From assembly GCF_009914755.1 (NCBI RefSeq), contig NC_060929.1: DNA of 64,000 nt, one strand, 5' to 3'. This document shows, piece by piece, positions 38,201 through 50,912 of the stretch. The notes under the pieces were generated by a model. That model worked only from the letters and a program-made list of their open reading frames with translations, searched no databases and was not told the origin of the DNA. The stretch's first letter is position 1. Each line of letters opens with the position of its first letter. The translations under genes and the position numbers were made by a program. The DNA is from the human T2T-CHM13v2.0 reference genome, Homo sapiens.

Positions 38201-41200
38201 TTTTTTTTAAAAAAAGCCACAGTTTGTTCAACTTTTTCTTGTGAGAACTGGAGTGACAACTTCCAAGTTCTTCACGTCAGAGCAAAAATCAAGGAAGACA
38301 CTTTCAGTTAGACCATGTTGACCTTGAATGCCCTGTGGGGTGTCTGGAATACATGTGAAAATGCCCACCTCCTTCAGGAGAGAGCTATCTCGTCTAGCTG
38401 TGCCAGGCACCATCATACAAGGGATTGTCTTTTTGATTAGTGCTTAGGGATGGCCAAATTTGTGCCCAGTTCTTCAACCCCATACAGGAGGCCCTGAAGA
38501 CACTGGTATGAGGTACTCAGGAGGAGGACCTATGCCTGGGGTTGAGAGGAATTGCATAGCATCCGGAGGGTAAGAGAACCATTAGAAAAGAAGGGAAAGA
38601 TAAGTGTTAAAGCTGTGGAAAGATTCAGTGAATGGGCTCAGAAAGCCGTTCTTTGATTTTGAACAAACTTTTTAAAGTCAAGATAATGGTTTTGTTTTGT
38701 TTTTTCTTTTCCTTTTTTTACCAAAATACTCAATATGATAAATATATTCATTTTGAAAAGTGTTAGGCAATAGCAACAACAAATTCTCCCAAGTTATAGC
38801 AAAGTGATGTTTAAGCCTAATTCAACATGGTGAGAATTCATTTTAGAATGCAAATCCGACAAGGCAGGGCAGTATAATGGAGGAGCGGCCTGTCATGGAA
38901 AATGGTAGCCTCCTCTGCTGCAGGTGTTTCAGGAGTATTTCTAAACACAATGGCACAACACACTGCACAGGCATAATGAAAATGGCAGGAAGTGCCTGAA
39001 GTACACAGAAATAGCTTCACTTCCAGTAAGAAGATGCATCGATGCATTTTCAGAGAACATGCTCAAGCACAAAACTGAATGAAAGATGAGAAATAAATGA
39101 TAATTTTTCCTGAAAGTCTGAGTTCATAAAAACCTAACTCCCTCTTTCTTCACTGATATATGCAGGAGCCTGTATGGTCATGAGTGCTATTTTCTTAAAA
39201 TGGAGAAACCTCAGGGGAAAATTAAGAAAAATCTAAAGGAGGAAAAAGGACCTGTGGTTTGATGAACCACCGCACTTTGGGGTCCTGTGAATGCTCTTTA
39301 TGCTCATGGGGCCTTCCTGGGTTTTGGTTTTAAAAGTCAAGCTATTTAAATCATGAAACTGGAGGTAACTGCACGAAGAAGCTGCTTAGCTGCCTGTCGA
39401 ACAAGGAAGCCCTCTGAATACCTTTGAAAACTCTGAGATGTTGGAGGGTCTGTCATCACACTAAGGCTCGATGTGGACTCAGGAGTCCCTCTGCTTCAAA
39501 ATAAATTTAGTGACAGTTTTATCAGTTATAAAATTATTAAATTCTTGAATACAGCACATGGCACATATGTTGGAAAGTACTGATGTGTGTAAATCTCTAT
39601 CTTATTACATTCTTTTTGTACTTTTAAACATGCATGCCCAGTGCCACATACAACAGTATGTTAGATTTATACATCCTTCAACTAATGAAATGAGCCAGAA
39701 CATTTACTTAAACCTAGACACGACTGTTGGAAGTTTACTGCCAAATCATAGTTTATATTTTTCTATTGGGTTTAAATAATTCAAACATGACCTCTTTGTG
39801 CTGGGACAAATGAGTACCATGTGTGATCGTGCAATGGAATCTGTGAGTCAGTGTGAAATTATTTCATGTTTTCTGCTTATTCCCATAATATTAATTCACA
39901 GTTCCAATGAGACAGGTTGGGGCCACCACAATTCCTGTAACAGTGCTTAAAAAGATGAGAAATTGTAAATCGTTTACGGATCCTGTTACCTCAAATGAGG
40001 CTGAAATGTTACTAAGAATTTTCAGTAGCTTCCCCACCAACCCCCAAGACAAGTCTGTCTGTTGTCACAGGAAATAGTGGCTCATTCATAAAAAGTTCAT
40101 TCAGAGGCACTCAGTTTGTCTGACCTACAGGGCAGAGTTCAAACTTTTGTCAATTGATTGAAGGGACATCTTCTATGCACTCACTCAGCACTTAGGGAAT
40201 GTATTTTCCATCAGACACCTAAACAGGGAAAATTTTTCTTCTTCCCTACAGAGCACCTTTTCCACATGATGCAGAGAGGGCTAAATAATTCAATTTCAAA
40301 CAAAATGGGATGGCCACAAATTTGTAACTCAAAATCTGAGAAAGTAGATTTATCTGCCTATCAGGGTCCAGATTTTTTTTTCTAAAATTAATTCTAAAAT
40401 AAATCAGATTTAGAATAAAACAGATTTAAATTATGTTCTATTTTCCCTTTTCCTGGAGAAGAGAACACTAACTTTATGTGGCTCCAAGTAAATTACTTGA
40501 TTACCTCTTCAAGCCACTGGAACAAGGCTGAGCGAGTGCATCGCAGAATCACAGAACATCACGTTGGAGGGAGCGAAGTGTTACCTAAGCAACTGGGTTT
40601 TATAAGATGGAGGATTTAGTGCCAAGATAGCTAGCCCGGGGACATGGCGAGGGAGTTATTAAAATCAGCTCAGCGGTTCGCAGGAGAATTCTGAAGAGGG
40701 CACATTGTCCAAAAGGAGAGCTGAAGGCAGGTGGGTTTACGTTGTGCCTCGTGGCAGCAATTACTGAATGGCAGCCTAGAGCGAGCCAGGGGCGTCCGTC
40801 ACGCCACCACCACTCACTTCCTGAAACAAGTTGTAATGCCTGTTTATCATAGACCTTAATTCCCTAATGTCGGGAACAAAGGCGAGTATCAAAATCTAGC
40901 AAATTTTTTTGACACTAGGAAGTGAAGCAAAGGACTAACCTCTCCTCAATCCCATCTTTGTTAAAATAAACTCTCATTTTAGCAGCTCATTCCAGATGTC
41001 AGTCAAGCCCTACACATTAGCACCAAATAGTGCCCGTGACTAAAGCCACAAAAGAAACAGAGGAGAACATAAAAGGAGAAGTGATTCCAGGTGACTTTCC
41101 CATTAGAGTAGAAACCGTGCTGCTGTTGGAGTCAGATGCAGTGGACACATTTGGGGAAGTAGAATCAGCTTGTGCTGTCTGTTGATTGGTGTTGTGCTGT

Positions 41201-42540
41201 TTTGTTTGTTTGTTGCTTTTGATTACTAGACACTTTGGTAGCAGCATATGTGTGTCAGTGAATGCTGGGGTCTTCCCTACCAGCTGATAGTTCCCTACTG
41301 AACAGAGCATGCAGGATCAGCTTCGTTTTATTATTATTATTATTAATTATTATTTTCACAAGTCAAACCACAACTGCACTTTGCTTAGAATCATCTTTTC
41401 CAAACTTGGAAAATTTACATCTAGCACCATTCTTTTTAAAATATCCAACCTGTGCTTGTACTGGTTACTGTGGTAGGGGATGGGGAGACACGGGATAAAC
41501 CTCATTACGAGTTCAGCTTAGATGCTTTCCATCCCTCACTGCCTATGGTCTGGGTTTTATACAACACTGATTTAAGCTGTTTATCCTTGGCAAGCAGAAG
41601 GAAGCATGGCAGAATGACCTAGAAATAGGTCATTTGCACTATTACTGAAATTAGCATCAAGGTAGGCACAATTTTAGAACCAATAGCCTCGACAGTTTCC
41701 CGTTGGTGTGTGACTCTACTAGTAGGAAGCATATGGGAGGGAGTTCTCAGGAAAGAGGCTACCTGGGTTTGGTTTCATATTCCAAAGAAAGTACCTTTGG
41801 AAGTCACGACAACTGCTAGTGTCTGAGTGGATCACTTAGCTTTGACCGTCAAAGACTAAAGCCAAATAAAGACTTTCAAACAGCTTTACAAACATAATAG
41901 TAATCCAGTTCTCAGAAAGCTGAACTCATTTGGTTTCTGTAGTCTCAAAACCATAAATGCCTGTAAAAATGTTTCTATTTCTTACTAGTTCTCCACAACT
42001 AGCATGATTCTGTCTTCATATTAACTCATCCTCTCCCAAGAATGGCCATACCTTATGCCCTGTCACTCAGCGATCCTCCTGAATTCCTCTGTTCATTTTA
42101 AATAGAATGAGCCATGCTATCACAGAAACCTAATCCTGCAGGGATTGGATTATTTATTCTACATGCTACCTAGTAAGTGGCATTTAATACAGAAAGCATG
42201 GAGTAGGTGGTTTGTTGGAGTCCACAGCATGAAGCACTACACCAAAGGTTTCACAGGATGCTGTCCCAACACCTTTATCTCCAATCTCAGGGATCCACAC
42301 ACCGTAGCTGAAGGATCAGTGCTTACCATGTGGAGATTGGGTCTTACGGGGCTCTGAAGAAGCCTAGACAAGGGCCCTTCGTTAGAAACACTTTCCTGGG
42401 TAAGCTGTTAACCTCTGTCACTAGTTAACCCCGTTACCTAGAGCTGTGAATATTCAAACATGCTAAAGGATGTGCTTGGGCCCTAGTTCTGTTTAGCAGA
42501 GGATAATACAGTAGGGCATGAGAGGAACAAAGTGGTTCAT

Positions 42541-42912
42541 CTCTCTCTCTCTCTATATATATATATATAACTATATATATCACTATATATATAACTATAT
42601 ATATCACTATATATAACTATATATATCACTATATATATCATATATATCACTATATATATCATTATATACATAACGATATATATCACTATATATATAAAAC
42701 TATATATATCACTATATATATAATTATATATATCACTATATATATAATTATATATATCGCTATATATAATTCTATATATCGCTATATATAACTATATATA
42801 TCACTATATATCATTATATATATAACTATATATATCACTATATATCATTATATATATAACTATATATATCACTATATATATAAAACTATATATATATCAC
42901 TATATATGTATA
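42541..42912. repeat. (CT)n followed by a ~360-bp interrupted (TA)n array (TATATATCAC/TATATATAAC modules)
   Basis: Directly visible. Confidence 0.97.
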
Positions 42913-44384
42913 GTTATGCCAATAAAGAATAAGTCCACAAGTACAAAGTCATTTTGTGACTCTTCTCCAACATTTGCTCTACAGAGTGAGGCAGCAGTGT
43001 TTACAAAGTAGTACAAAGTACATTTGAAAACTGACTCTCTGCTACCTGGGCAGTGCAGACACCAGCACCTGGCCCTCTGCTCTGTGGGAGGGGAGGGCGG
43101 CCCAGGCCACCAAGCAATCACATATGACAGTGGAGGGAGCCCACGTGCAACTCTCCTCTCTATCAACCTCCCTGGACGCTCTGTTTATTCTCATCCCTAT
43201 AAGAAGCAATGCCTTGCCATGGGAAGTTGTGTGGCGTGATAATCTCAGACCCTTCTAGAAGGAGGGGGACATTGCTTTATCTCTAATCGAGCTTTAAGAC
43301 CACAGGTCTGACTGGTAGGAAAGAGTTCTGCCCATTTTGTATTCCCGTTGGCCAATGGCCATTTCCAGCCAGGAGAGGGAGACCAGAGCCCTTGTGGACT
43401 TTAAGGAGCCACAGCAATTTGAAGAGGGCATTTGTGCCACCGCAGAATCCGACTCCTCCTCCAATCCACCCACTCCTTTAAACCATGTCATGATGGCGCC
43501 GCCCTCTCCCTAAAATGATCCCACTTTCTTAAGGCCCTGAAGGAAGATGACTTTTGGCCCCACTCCCCCATGTCTGTCAACTTGGCCTTATGACCCTCCT
43601 CTTCCTACCCGAGCATTTCAGGCAGTTTATGAAACTAGTAAATAAACAATAAATGTGTCCCTGAAACACCGATTGATGATGAAAAAAAGAAAAAAGTCAT
43701 GATTGCTGAGAGGAGCGTCGACCACTTTGCAACCCCGGCCTGCTCTTTGGAGAGAAGCGCATGACTGAGATCGCTTTTGCTCCTGATCTGCAGTTCCATC
43801 ACCACCAAGTCTGGCCGATCTCTGAGCTCGCTGGAGTGGTGGAGTCAGGCTCTGGGCTTCTGCACTCAAGGAGGGACAAAGCCCCTGCCCCACTGGAGGT
43901 TGTGGAGGGGAAGAGTCACTGACAGGCTAGACATCTGAGAGCTCAGCAAGGAGGCAAATCAGCATAGGAAGTAAAAGAAATACCCCAATCTCTCTAAGTA
44001 ACAACTCTAACGGGGGTTGAAGCCTGACTTGGCTGACAAACTCAGAAGAAGGCGTGAACAAAGGAAGACACGACAGAATCACTTCCTTGCTTCCCATAAC
44101 ACATTTGTTTGAAGGGAAGGAACTGAAACTAAAGAGAGATGACCGGTTAAGGGGAACAACTGGCTTCTGCATGGTGGAAAGCGTTCTCCCCCTGCAACGT
44201 AAGAGGAACCTCAGGAATAAATCAGGGGAACACTCGAAGTCTCATCATTTGAGGGGAGTGTCCTGAATAGGGGGTCGGGCGCATGTATCCATCCTGAACA
44301 CAGTGCCCTGTTACCCTCATGGAACACCGGTGGGCAGTGAGCACAGCAGGTGCCCAACTTAGGTTGGGCCCCCTGGAAAACGCA

Positions 44385-44950
44385 GGCACACGAACAGTGA
44401 CACTCTTGCACATGCACACACGCGTGGACAGGCACACGCACAGCGACACTCTTGCACATGGTCATACACGTGGACAGGAACATGCACAGCAACACTCTTG
44501 CACACACACACACACACACACGGTCAGGCACATGCTCAGCGACACTCTTGCACACAGAAACACACGTGGACAGACACACGCACAGCGACACTCTTGGAGA
44601 GCACATACACATGGACAGGCACACGCACAGTGACACTCTTGCACACACACACACGTGGACAGACACACGCACAGCGACATCTTGCACACGCGGACACACA
44701 CGTGGACAGGCACACACACAGCGACGCTCTTGGAGAGCACACATACATGTGGACAGGCACACGCACAGTGACGCTCTTGCACACGCACACACACGTGGAC
44801 AGGCACATGCACAGCGACACTCTTGCACACACACACGTGGACAGGCACACACACAGCGACGCTCTTGGAGAGCACATACATACATGTGGACAGGCACACG
44901 CACAGCGACGCTCTTGCACACGCACACACACGTGGACAGGCACATGTTTG
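44385..44950. repeat. CA-rich minisatellite, ~44-bp unit (CACGTGGACAGGCACACGCACAGCGACACTCTTGCACACACACA), ~12-13 copies
   Basis: Directly visible; source of the His/Thr and Cys/Val ORFs in several frames. Confidence 0.95.
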
Positions 44951-45869
44951 CAGCACGGCTCACTCTCAAGTCCACGCCCACACGCACAGAGGCAGCTTCG
45001 TGAACTCTGAGGGACACAGGCCCAGTGCCCTGACCTCTGTGGGCTCCTCAGTTCTCATCCTGCCTCTGTCTGCTAAACAAGGGTTACAAAAGGGCTCTGA
45101 ACACTGAGGTGTGCCCGAGGCCATTTGTCATGGGAGGCTGAGTGGCTGTCAATTAACTGAGTGCTTTAATTGTGGGGCATCATTATGGAACCCGTCTCCC
45201 CGCACTGCTCTTCAGATGCCAAGCAGAGAAGAGAACACACACGTGAGCGACCTGCAAACTCCAGATCACGGTCATGTGCTGTCCTAATCTATCCCCCATT
45301 CTCCTACAGGGCCCTAATTTGACCTTCAGTGAATAAAAATCAAAGTTGAATCAAGTTCAACAACAGGAAACCTGCTGGTGATTAAAAAGTGATCACTGTT
45401 TCTGGTGACCGGAGGTGTCATAAGGACAGTCTTTAAGGAGGAACTTGGAGTTCCTGCCCTTTGAGCAGCTCTGCATTCATAAATCATCACACCTTCCCAA
45501 GCTGACACAACTTCTTACTTCCCATTAATTCCAAAACTACTTTCTGGTTTGGTAGTTAGCTTTCAAACTGTCAAGACAGAATGTAATTGAAAGTGAATTT
45601 GATTAAAGGAAAAACAGCTCTGCACACTGACGACTGGGATCTGATTTGTTCCAGTGATAAGAAGAGTGTAGCGGTGTCAAAACACAGGGGAGCTTCTCCT
45701 GCACTCAACAGGCCGAGCCCAGACGGAACATCAGTCAGCTGAGGCATGAGAAGGTTTCCGACGTGAGATGGGTTCTCCTGCGGTTTAGGGGCTGGCAGCA
45801 AATGAACCACAGTGACCACTGCAGATGGCTTCCTTGTCTCCCAGCCTCCACAGAAGGCAGGTCCCAGGA

Positions 45870-46000
45870 CAGCTTCAGTTTTCCACGAGGAAACTGAGGC
45901 ACCAAGAGTAAGGAACTTGCTATCACTAACCCTGCTAGTAACTGGTACATGCAGTATAAGAACCCAGGACTGAGGCCATCAAGCACATCCTCACTCGCCT
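45870..46000 (-). mobile_element. MIR
   Basis: cagttttccacgaggaaactgaggcaccaagagtaaggaacttgc..aacccaggac. Confidence 0.65.
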
Positions 46001-47532
46001 TAGAACCAGAGTAACATGGCACTGAAAAAAAAAAAAAAAGGAATGCACAAGACTTCTTGACATAAATTTTCTGCAGCAGTTGGAATTGATTTATCCTAGA
46101 ACCAGAGACTAAAATAATCAGGAACATTAGAGATTGTCTAACTCAAAGTCTCTTATATAAACATGGGGTAGGGCACAGAGGTGCTGAGTTTCTCATCCAG
46201 ATTCACAGGAGAGTACCATCTGCACCGTGCGTCTGAAGACTCTCAGTCTGAGTGTCCACGTCCATCATACGGGGCTCATTTCAAAGATCCCAGGGCCAGC
46301 TCCCGGAATTTTCAAACAGTGTGCTGACTCCATACCAACTCCCATCGCCCATTCCTTTCTGCTAAGCATTAGAATCATTCTTGAGAATTTCAACAACACA
46401 TGCTCCCAAATGTACTAGATATAAGGAGAGAGTTAGAATATTCTGTGGATAAAACCGGGGGCACAGGACTCAGCAGCGATGCACGTTTGTCACACAGGTG
46501 CCCTGACCCAAATTTTCCAGTTAGAAGGCAGAGAATATGAGTGTTGACACTTTCTATTAAAATACAAATTTCTACAATGAAGTACCTTCCACAAGAAACA
46601 GCTTCCAGCAATCTTCCTCCCTATCATCTGTTTGAAAGACATGTTTATGCGTAGAGAAGGGAGTGCACAGTGAACAACCTCTTTGCTTATTTGTAAATTT
46701 TGGAGAGCGTAGGCGAAATAGTCACCATTTTAAAAAGAGTCTGTACTTTAAATGAGAGAAGGTCTTAATTAAGCCACAGAAGGACTTTCTAGTTGCTTTT
46801 CTCCTCAAGACAGAAACCATTAATTCAAATGTGCCGTAGGAGTTTTCGGAATATGGAGCTGGAGCTTTGAAATTGCCATTAGAATGGTCCATGTTTATTC
46901 CTGCTATGCGCGATTAAAACACAAAGCCAATAACAGCACAAAACGCTGAGCCCCTGTGAACACCAAGCAGGAGCTCATGAGATAAAGGGTGATTTCCTAA
47001 AGATGAGGGCAGATGCTTCTATGAACACATGTCGGCATTACACGTACACTTGCTAGTCTTCATTCAGGGAATATGTTTTGTTTTATTGTATTCTAAATAC
47101 GTATATTGTTTCCTGGCTCTGAGTTGCATGGTAGAGAAACACAGGCAAAGAATGATCACCTTTGTCTTCCTGGCCTCAAAGACCAATGGCCATACTGCAT
47201 TTCCTGATTGGGTCAAGAAATGGATCTCCCATATAAAGGAGCAATTATCAAATATTTCTTCCCTTTGGGGAACTATTTTAAGGAATATCAAGACACAAAT
47301 TCATATTTGATATAAATAAACTTTCTAAGTTGTCTTCATGAAAAACATATGACACCTCTCTTTGTACATATTAAAAACCTTCCTTAATTTTCTAACAATT
47401 TACCGTTGGGCACAGTCCATAGTTATAGGTTTATAAGTAGATATAATTTATAAAATCATTATAATATGCCAGGCATAAAGGCCATGCGTTTTTATATTTC
47501 TCCTGGCATCCTCAGGAAACATCTGTGAGGCA

Positions 47533-48200
47533 AGTAAATCAAAGAGAATGACCGAGGCAAATCTCAATCATTTTAGGAGGTTTATTTGCCAAAGTTAAGC
47601 TTCCACAGCTGGGAGATGGGTCTATGCCTTTCTCCAAAGATGATTTTGAAAGCTTCAATATTTAAAGGGGAAAGGGCAGATATTGGAGGAAGAGGAAGAA
47701 ATGTTTAAAATGTGTGGGTAGATAAGAGAAAAACAGTTATATCCTTTTGAGTCTTTGGTCAGCCTTTCACTGAATATACAATTTTCATGTGAGGGAGGGG
47801 TAGAGGAATAGTCACATATGTCTTGGTCCGGCCCAGTGAATCTGCATTTTTACATGAGACAATGTAAACAATAGGTCAGAGGAAGCCATCAGACATGCAT
47901 TTGGCTCAGGTGAGCAGAGGGATGCCTTTGAGTCCCGTCCTTTGCCCTGCACCTGTGAAGAGGATCTATCCATTTACATTGCCTGGAGAAACGTCACAGA
48001 ATTGTTTTAGAGTAAAGATTTTGGGGCCCACAAGGAATTTCCTGGTGGGCAAGTTGGGAGGGAGATATGTAGCTTTTTAACTTTGTAACTATCTTATTTA
48101 GGAACCAAATGGGAGGCAGGTTTGTGTGACCCAGTTTCCAGCTTGACTTTTTCCTTGGGCTTAGTGAGTTTGGGGTCCCAGGATTTATTTTTCTTTCACA
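47533..48200 (-). mobile_element. MER4A solo LTR (ERV1)
   Basis: The reverse complement starts TGTGAAAGAAAAATAAATCCTGGGACCCCAAACTCACTAAGCC, the recalled MER4A start. Full length ~670 bp. Confidence 0.88.
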
Positions 48201-48902
48201 GGTGGGTACCACGGGACAACCACAAAATCCTCCCGAGACTTGGATCAGGTCAGCACCAAGCAGGGTCCTGTGAAGTGTGCGGAGCCTGCTAGCCCTTTGC
48301 CTTCATACTGCATCCTGTCAGGAGGGGGACTTGGAGGGTTAAGCCACATGCTCGGACGGGAGCTGAGGAAGGGTGCAGCTGCAACTGATGCCAAGCTCTT
48401 TGCTCCAAGCCTAGGACCCCAAGTATGAAGGTGGAAGAACAGTTAGAATCTACCATTGTAAACATCTTACAAAATGTGTACAAGAAAAGGTAGACAAACC
48501 AATCCTGAAAATATAAATTTAAAAAGACCTGAAGTAAAAGTTAAGGTGACTAATTCTCAGATACTCCCTCACTTCTCCAAAACTCTCAAGACTTGGCCAG
48601 TCTGCTGCTCCATGAGGGCGTTTGCTATCACAACACGAGAATCCTCTCCAAATTCCAGGGTGAAGAAAACATGAATCACGTCTTACATTTCCATTGATGA
48701 CAGCAGGTGAGTCATATAGTGGGCGTTCAGCCACGTTGCCGTGCAGCTCAGAAGGAGCCTGACACAAGGAGGGGCTGGCCATCTGTGGAGGTGGACGGGG
48801 CAGCCAAGTCAGACTCCAGAGTGAGGGACAGGGGTTAGGTGCAGTGAGGGCAGCTCAGCTACAGAGCTCCAGAGGGAGAGGAGGCCTCGTTTCAGCATGT
48901 AG

Positions 48903-49275
48903 GTCATGGGGGTTCACTCTATGTGTCAACCTGACTAGGCCATAGTTCCCAGACGTTTGGTCAGTCATTGTTGTAGATGCTGCTGTGAAGGTATGTTTTA
49001 GATGAGATAAATCTTTAACTCAGTAGACTTTCAGGAAAGCAGATGACCCACCTTCATATGGATGGGCCTCGCCCCAGCAGTGGCGGCCTTAATGGAAAGA
49101 CTGCTTGCCCCCAGAAGAAGAAGGAATTCAGCCACAACCTTTGGACTTTAAACTGAAATTCTTCCATGGGTCTCCAGCCTGTGGGCCTACTTTGCAGCAG
49201 TATTTAGTCTTATCATCCCCACTATAGTATAAGCCAGTTCTTTAAAATTTCTCTTTGTCTTGTCTTTCTGTCTCT
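48903..49275 (+). mobile_element. MLT2C/D-type ERV-L LTR
   Basis: tatgtgtcaacctgactaggcca..cccagacgtttggtca..gtagactttc..aagcagatgaccc..ggtctccagcctg..agccagttctttaaaat. Confidence 0.8.
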
Positions 49276-49463
49276 CTCCATATATGTGTGTGTGGGAGGG
49301 GGGTGTGTGGGTGGGTGGGTGTGCATGTATGAACACACACACATAAACATATTATGTATACACACACATATATATGTGTATATATACATGCACATACAAA
49401 CCCCTCACCCCCACACACACATGCATGCAAACACACACACACACACACTCACACACATATATG
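49276..49463. repeat. Mixed (TG)/(G)-rich and (CA)/(TA) low-complexity tract
   Basis: Directly visible. Confidence 0.9.
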
Positions 49464-49783
49464 CAGTCATGTGCCACACAGTGATGGTTCAGTCAATGAG
49501 GGACCGAATATAGGACAGCAGTCCAATAAGATTATAATACCATATTTTTACTATGCCTTTTCTATGTTTAGATACACAAATACTCACCACTGTGCTATAA
49601 TCGCCTATACTATTCAGTACAGTCATAGCAACACAGGTTTGTAGCCTAGGAGCAATACACCTAGCCTAGGCAGGCAGTGGGCTGTACCATCTATGTCTGT
49701 GTAACTGAGCTGAACACTCCATGATGTTCAGCTAACAACACATTTCTCAGAACACATCCCCATCATTAAGGGACACATGTCTC
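49464..49783 (+). mobile_element. Tigger3a DNA transposon (second copy)
   Basis: cagtcatgtgccac..ataagattataataccatattttt..catttctcagaacacatccccatcattaag. Confidence 0.87.
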
Positions 49784-50552
49784 TCTATCTCGCTCTTTCT
49801 CTCTCTCTTTTTCTCTCTCTCTCTCTCACACACACACATACACATGCCAGCTGACATAAAATCTCCACCTGGCAGGTGCCCTGGGACACACGTGTGAGTA
49901 GGGAGGCTCCATGCATGACTCTTGACTCTAAAGCCCTTTATCATTCCAGGACAGCATGTAGGGGCTCATTCACTCAAGGTAACAGCACCAGACCATCAAC
50001 CCAGCCACCATGTGCCGACACGCACATAGACACATGCACACAGACACACTATTCTCCTGCAGAAGAGTGGATCCGAGCTTCTCAGGATGGTGCAGATCAG
50101 CTGACAGTGGAGTTGCAGCCCCATCAGGGCCGGGGGCAACAGAGGTTAAGCCCCACTGTTTCCTTGGCCCTGTGACGGTGGAGAGGAAGACATGTTCCAA
50201 GGCAACTCTCTCAGCTCCAAGCCAAAGGATTCCTTGAACCAGCATTGTGAGTGAAAATATGCACCTATGGGAATTTCAAAGACCGCTGGAGGAGGGAGAT
50301 TTTGTGCAGATAGGGTGAGCTGGGCTCCGCCAAGTTTAAAGTGTTGCCATTTATGGGACTGCATGGACACTCACCAGCCAGTCATTCTGAGATACTCAAA
50401 TGACAATCGCATCCACTGGGCTCTTGTCTGGGCCTTTGTTCACCTGCATGCTGACCTCTGTCTCCACATTGGAGGGGGGCCTCTCTCTCCCTGACACTGG
50501 CAAACCCCACCCTGTTAGCCTTTCTTGTGTTTCCCTCTTGGGGAAGACAAAT

Positions 50553-50912
50553 GATAAAAACAGGCAGAGGAACGTGGAAAGACTAGACTAGCTAGTCTTC
50601 TGGCCTCCATCTTTCTCCCGTGCTGGATGCTTCCTGCCTTCAAACATCAGACTCCATGTTCTTCAGCTTTTGGAGTTTTGGACCTACACCAGTGATTTGC
50701 CAGGGGCTCTTGGGCCTTTGGCCACAGACTGAAGGCTGCACCGTCAGCTTCCCTACTTTTGAGGTTTTGGGACTAGGACTGGCTTCCTTGCTCCTCAACT
50801 TGGAGATGGCCTCTTGTGGGACTTCACCTTGTGATCATGTGATTCAGTACTCCTTAATAAACTCCTATATATCCTCTTAGTTCTGTCCCTCTAGGTAACC
50901 CTGACTAATACA
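50553..50912 (+). mobile_element. MLT2A (HERV-L LTR), 5'-truncated
   Basis: caggcagaggaacgtggaaagactagact..ctggatgcttcctgcc..gactgaaggctgcac..gttctgtccctctag..ccctgactaataca. Confidence 0.9.

Noticed and set aside
44211-45107. Long overlapping ORFs (up to 268 aa; Cys/Val- or His/Thr-rich) on both strands
   Set aside because: They are stop-free readings of the CA-rich minisatellite, open in many frames at once, with no domain or splice context.
50553-50912. MLT2A as a DUX4-driven embryonic promoter
   Set aside because: The 5' part of the LTR, which carries the TGATTGGATTGA-type motif in the recalled consensus, is missing here.
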